Both the position numbers and the translations under genes were made by a program. DNA of 58,385 nt from Bigelowiella natans CCMP2755 (taxonomy: Eukaryota; Protista; Cercozoa). The notes below the pieces were generated by a model, which was not told the origin of the DNA, searched no databases, and saw only the letters and a program-made list of their open reading frames with translations. Every line of letters begins with the position of its first letter. The stretch's first letter is position 1. Location: positions 1 to 58,385 of the forward strand of contig ADNK01003093.1 of assembly GCA_000320545.1 (NCBI GenBank), given 5' to 3'. Of this stretch, positions 52,512 through 58,385 are shown piece by piece.

Positions 52512-53235
52512 GAGAGTATCATCGTCAGTATCTTTTAATCTTTCTAAAATATCAGTTAGACTAATCGTATTAATAACACCTTATCCTTCTATTTCTTCTA
52601 ATTTAAAAAAATGATAACATCTTCTTCCTCTTCTTCGTCTGTGGTAGTATTGACTACTCACGTGTTAAATCCACACATCAGCAGCACAAAGGTTCCGTAA
52701 GAATAGAATATCGGTCGCCCGAAGTTTTTCCACTAAAGCAGTAAATGATCACACACAAACATTCCAAAGATAGCAATGATGATAATATATAAGCAGATAC
52801 AAATATGGGCAAAACAGAGGCTATTGGGCAAATGAAGAGATATAACGTGCTAATGACGTACGCATTGTTCATTATTGAGTGATGATAAACAACCTTTTCA
52901 ACAAGCAAGTTCTTTATTATGTCAATTCTGATGAGCTCTGAGTGTCCACACCGTACCTAAGATGATTACGTCATCACCACCCAATGAAAGGTAATTGAAA
53001 TGCAGACTACTAAACACGACAGTCGTATGATATCATTGTTCGATTGTTACAAGTTTTTCTTTTGAAGAATGCTAATAAGAGCCACGGCTCTGCTAGAAAT
53101 AAAAGCTGTGCTATCTATCAATCAATCATCAATGGCGTTCAAGGTATAACAGTACTACTTACCACAAGCTGCAGCACACCCTCGCTTCGCTAAGAACACA
53201 AGGAGGACAGCAAATATTAGGAGGTACTAGTTCGT

Positions 53236-53272
<37 letters not shown>

Positions 53273-53283
53273 GAGAAAGGGAT

Positions 53284-53315
<32 letters not shown>

Positions 53316-53368
53316 TTACGAGCATCTTACATAGGGCATAAGAAGGTAAGAAGAAAGAGTAGACAAAG

Positions 53369-53399
<31 letters not shown>

Positions 53400-53744
53400 T
53401 GAGCAAAATCGTTCTTAGCAGCATGCTGTGGTTTGTAGCATTATAGTAGTAGTATTACTTCGCTAGGTTCAATTTCCTCTATAGGATATGCGTCCAATGA
53501 CACAGGCCCCCAGCTCTGAGGATGATGCAAGTTTTAAGTATTATTACAATAACAATAATAATGATAACAATAATAATGATAATAATAATAATGACTTTAA
53601 ACAATTAATGATCTGATGGCATTAACGCAAGGTTGTGTGGGCGATAAGGGAAGGATAAGTGAATTCTACCCAGCAAACGATTCGAGAGCGGTCAAGTAGG
53701 TATTTAGTCATCTGAAATAAATAAATAAAGGTAATACGATGATG

Positions 53745-53776
<32 letters not shown>

Positions 53777-55111
53777 GGTGATGATGATGATGGTAATGTG
53801 AGGTCACACCGATGCTGTTTCAAGAACGCATTAGAACCAATAATGATAGCTAAAAAATGAGGAATATCAGCTATTCTTTTTCTTCCACTCTATCTCCTCT
53901 TCCTCCTTCTTCAGGATTGCATTATAACACGTTGCAGCACATACATAACAGATTGACACCGTCATTATCATCATCATCGTCGCCAAATAAACTACCTTAA
54001 AAGATCCATTATATGCTGCTAATTTAAGTGGACTCATATTCTCGTAGTTTTCCGCATTCATGATCATCTGATGATTCATAGACAATAGCATAAGGAAAAA
54101 TAAGTACACATCAACTATCAAAGAATGATACACGCACACGCACGCACGCACACACACACACACACACACACACCTGCGCTCTGTCCTGGCCATAGATTCT
54201 AATCGCATTTTCAGCTAGAATACCATAAATCTCCCGCAGCTCGTTATAAACCTGTAATAGTTATTATTTATCACCACATCGATTCCAAATAAACGGTGCT
54301 GTCGCTCATTTTACTATACATGATATCGCAGTGCATATATCACATACACACGCACACAGACGCATCTTAGTTATTTGATTCCAAGAGCGACCTAGCCTCA
54401 CTGACTCACACTCTCGAATGACATAGTTATTCATTTATTACCGCAAAGTGAAACACGGTGTTGCCATGCTTATCTGGTATCTCAAGATCAGCCCCCTATA
54501 ACACAGTCACAGAGAGAGGGAGAGGGAGAGGGAGAGGAATAGGGAGAGAGAGAGAGAGTTCATTTACTTATTTATCTCATCATGATGCCCTACTTCTTCT
54601 TTTCTTTGGCTGCATGGTTGAAGAGTAAATCATAATGCTTAAAATACAGTATTACTAGAATATATGATATACTCTTGTTTTATTTAATACATACAACACG
54701 ACCTCCGTTATAAGATACTTGGCTATATTCCAAGAGTCTGAGTAAAGAAAAGCAAGCATGTACTCATCATCCTCATCCTCATCATAATCATCACATGAAA
54801 TTAAGAGTTGTTTAAATCAGCACGAAATGAATATTTGTCGTTCCTTCCTCCTTTTCCCTTCGTATATCAGAATTCGTTAGGAACTCTTGAGGTTAGAATC
54901 CTTGAAGAACATTGGTAAGCATCATCATATCTAATAATAGACCAAACCTCTAGACACGGCAAAATGAAGAGGGGTTTCTCCGTAGTAAACAGTGCCTGAT
55001 GTTTGGAGGGTGATCATATAGCAGCACTTCATCAGATTATGTGATCCAGTGCTGTCTTGAATTATTTTGCACACACTGCACACGCCACGTACATCCAGTA
55101 AGGGTTCCTTA

Positions 55112-55142
<31 letters not shown>

Positions 55143-55401
55143 ACTCTCTTTCTCTCCCTCTCTTTCACATGCAGCAAACGTGCAACCTCCTTCTTTTTGG
55201 AAAAAGATCCCAATTGCATGCACGCCATTTACAGCAGCTTTCGCCTATAAACAGCAACACAAGTAGCACACCGATTATATTTTTGTGATGATGTTAAGTT
55301 TACTAGAGTGTGTAGCTCATGCTTTTGTTTGGGCACATAATACAAACTAACGTAAGGGCTCAGAGGATATCATTCAATAAGTTCGTAGTCATCATGTGGT
55401 T

Positions 55402-55471
<70 letters not shown>

Positions 55472-55970
55472 GTCCGTTTTCTCTTAACCTACTACCTCAA
55501 CTAGCAATTTGACCATTTTTGCGTTTTGGTTCACAATCGCAATATGGAGCTGATGACGATATTAAACACGATGTTAAACCGAATGGGGCAGAAGAAGAAG
55601 AAGAAGAAGAAGAAAAAGAAGAAGACAACGATGATGACGACGACGACGACGATGATGATGATGATGGCAAATATGTTTACCGCGGTCTCTCCTCTAAATT
55701 GGTCATGTTTGTAGATTGCATTTATCAAAGTAGGAAAGTTCTTTATTAAGTGAGCAGCGCAATCGTCATTTTTGAAGAGAAGTGCCTATGATATGTGTTT
55801 ATGGAAGAGGTGTGACAACAACATATATAATTATGTGCCGTTATCCTCGCTACAAATAATCCCCCGCCTCTAATTGTATTTGATTACGATTTAGTCCTTC
55901 CATCAATTAAAGGGGAACGTCGCTAGTTAAAACTGATACGTTTGAATGCTGTGCATCTGCTGTTGTGAGG

Positions 55971-56013
<43 letters not shown>

Positions 56014-56046
56014 CGCGCGCGCGTGTTACATACTACAACTCTATCT

Positions 56047-56080
<34 letters not shown>

Positions 56081-56557
56081 CGTATGCAAAATAGTTTCTC
56101 CAAAAGTGCCTCTCATCATATGGTTGAACCCTGGTTTACGTATGAAGTTCTTCATTCCCGCCATATCACCACTTTTCACAGCCTTCCATATGCCTGATAT
56201 GAAGATCAAGACAAAGGAGAGGAAGAAGAAGAAGAAGAAGAAGAAGGAGAGAGGATATAGAATAAGAGTGGGAAAATCACGATTATTGTTGCCATAAAGA
56301 TGGCAGTGGCTATTCATAATCAGCCCCTTTAAATTATTACGAATTTGAAATTGCAATCATCTGGTATACATATTGTTCGTGTGTCCCTGTGATACTACAT
56401 CTTGAAGAAAGAAGAAGGAGAAGAAAGAAGCAGAAGAACTAAGATAAGATTTAATTGCCATCATTTTTTCCATCCACGATACTGGATGTGCCTACTCCTC
56501 CTCACCCTGTTGGAATTGCTTAAGCTGTTCCGCAACTTTCTTCTGCGTGCCACCGCT
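47237..56557 (-). CDS. TRPV-like cation channel (ankyrin repeats + 6TM), many exons; 3' tail may continue to ~45050
   Basis: [11 protein letters not shown]|ALL...[14 protein letters not shown]|[18 protein letters not shown]; [14 protein letters not shown]; [19 protein letters not shown]; [12 protein letters not shown]; [18 protein letters not shown]; IIKNLLVEK; S6 [10 protein letters not shown] followed by [11 protein letters not shown]. This matches the architecture of TRPV5/6 and OSM-9/Nanchung-type channels. Confidence 0.85.
51724..51917. repeat. ~85-bp compound tandem duplication (CA)n-GTT(T/A)AGTATCTCCT-(CAT)n-GAAGCAA in TRP intron
   Basis: Two copies of cgtt(t/a)agtatctcct(c/a)agta..(cat)n gaagcaa flanked by (CA)n arrays. 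Confidence 0.85.
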
Positions 56558-56699
56558 AAAGTGGGTAAAGCAATATAAGTAGTAGTAATAGAAGTAGCAG
56601 ATGAATCAATTATCATCGAAGTAATCAATGGTATTTTCATCCGTTGTACAGACAGCTTTTAATTGATATGCTAATACTACCGTGTGAGTTCGTGCATAT

Positions 56700-57224
56700 G
56701 CTTTGCGATTTTCTTCCTTAGGCGCTTGGCATAAGCTGTGTTATTATCGATTTGGAAGTCATAGATTCGTTCAAGATTATTGAATGAAAAAAATCAACAC
56801 AACAATTTTCTCATCTAAATCGTAATGAAACTTTAGACGATATAAAAATTGCCATACAGGTCAAGAACAACAACACGATTCGTCTGCAATAAGTGTGTGC
56901 GGCAGCAGGAACAACGCAAAGACTACTGTGCAAAACATGTTTATTCAAAGCCTTCAACCTATGAGTTTGAATCTGATTCGCACTTGCTCCTCCTGAGATT
57001 TCGAGTGCAATACGATCTTCCAAGGCAAAAACCAAGAGCAACAGCAAAGAGGAGGATAATGATGAAAAAGGAAGATGATAATAGATAACAACAAAGGTGG
57101 TAGTTGCGATATACAATGATATGTGTCCTCAGACGACAGACTTATTGATGAATGTGTTGTTACATCCCTTTTTTACAATCCAAACCACTCTCCCTTTGAA
57201 AATGCTTCAAATGCACACCAAACA

Positions 57225-57299
<75 letters not shown>

Positions 57300-57425
57300 T
57301 GTTGATTCATCGCTGATTGTGTTTTGGTTGTTGGTTATTATCATCGGAGCACCATCCAAATAGCGGCTCGGAATCTTTCCACAGGCTTGCCACTATTAAG
57401 TTGCAGTTGACTGAAGAAGAATATG

Positions 57426-57494
<69 letters not shown>

Positions 57495-57744
57495 GTTGTA
57501 ATGAATATTAGTCTAGTAGTATTAGTTGTACATATTCGCTATATTTGCAATGGAAGAGGAGTCTCAAGATTCATGATTAGTACAATTACGATATTGTAGT
57601 ATTACCAATCTTTACGATGAAATACCCACTCTTCAATCAGCCCAAGTTTCTGCATGTTCCTAATGACAAAAGAACAATAGATGATTCCGCTTGATTCGAA
57701 GATATACACAAAGGAACTCATACGTGTTTGTATATGTGTGTTTG

Positions 57745-57788
<44 letters not shown>

Positions 57789-58259
57789 TGTGAGTTTCTG
57801 CTTAGGATGATTGTTAGTACAACTACGTTTTAATCGATTTGTTGAATTTAGTTCCGATTCCCTTTATTCTTGAAAAGACGCTCCTGAGAAGAATAATATG
57901 TAAAGCTAAGAAGTAATACGTCCTATCGATTGGCCATCAGCAATTCAGTAGCAACAACTCTTAATTACTTGTCATCATCAATATCTTACCCTTTTCTAGA
58001 ACCACCGTTAGGTACAAGCATCGACACTGTGCGTGCTGGAATCTGTTGTCCACATACACATTGTTAAACACCAGGGGGAGGGGATGCTGTGTGTTGTTAA
58101 TGGACTCAATATGAATGCAATACTATGGGAAGAATAACATGTACGTGTATACCACGATTTATTAGTATTTCTGTTTATTGTGTATTAAGAGCATAGTCAT
58201 CATAAAAGGTTAAATATATTCTTAGGCTAAAAAAGTTAGGCAATTTGTATTTAATATGC

Positions 58260-58302
<43 letters not shown>

Positions 58303-58340
58303 GGAGGGTACTTCCTACTACCAGCTTTCGTCTTTCTCCT
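56700..58340 (-). CDS. Probable further coding exons (5' extension of the TRPV-like gene or an adjacent gene), running off the window
   Basis: Splice-bounded complex ORF pieces such as NLERIYDFQIDNNTAYAKRLRKKIA, NMQKLGLIEEWVFHRKDW and SVFSRIKGIGTKFNKSIKT; no family recognised. Confidence 0.45.
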
Positions 58341-58385
58341 TTTTATCAGATAATGCTGCCTGTTTTGATTTTCTGTAAAAGTTTA

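Larger units (their letters stand above)
1..58385. repeat. Pervasive intronic microsatellites: (AT)n, (CA/TG)n, (CT/AG)n, (GAT/CAT)n, (TAG/CTA)n, (GAA/TTC)n, (CAA)n, (GGA)n
   Basis: Very many arrays, e.g. 968-1005 (CT)n, 2821-2854 (TG)n, 16086-16127 (AT)n, 19315-19351 (GA)n; concentrated in introns, absent from PABP exon 2 (apart from short coding CAG/GCA runs) and largely absent from the palindrome blocks. Confidence 0.97.

Noticed and set aside
1-58385. Hundreds of short ORFs rich in poly-Y/I, C/V, H/T, S, D or L
   Set aside because: They are translations of intronic microsatellites, not genes
1-58385. Alternative genetic code or stop-codon reassignment; tRNA/rRNA genes
   Set aside because: Conserved exons translate with the standard code and genes end in TAA, TAG and TGA; no tRNA/rRNA signature was recognised (no covariance search run)

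Overview
Eukaryotic nuclear DNA from an intron-rich protist (taxon not determinable from the window). Genes are broken into many short exons by GT-AG introns packed with microsatellites, so most entries in the ORF track are artefacts. Manual exon stitching supports about 11 genes in almost strictly alternating orientation: BCP1/BCCIP(+), a short LOV-only protein(-), PABP(+), MESD-like(-), RP2/TBCC-domain(+), DHHC palmitoyltransferase(-), Kv-type K+ channel(+), ankyrin-repeat protein ending in a CaaX-like motif(+), ependymin-like/Cys-rich secreted protein(-), small secreted Cys-rich protein(+) and a TRPV-like channel(-) that probably runs off the window end. The most striking unexplained structure is a recurring class of 0.5-1.7 kb intergenic blocks that are microsatellite-poor and saturated with short palindromes (TGCA/CATG/CTAG/ACGT/GCGC). 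They lie downstream of gene 3' ends, five of six at tail-to-tail junctions. Two share a homologous ~70 bp motif and one contains a nested palindrome hairpin and closely spaced A/T tracts. All gene boundaries were read by eye and terminal exons are approximate.
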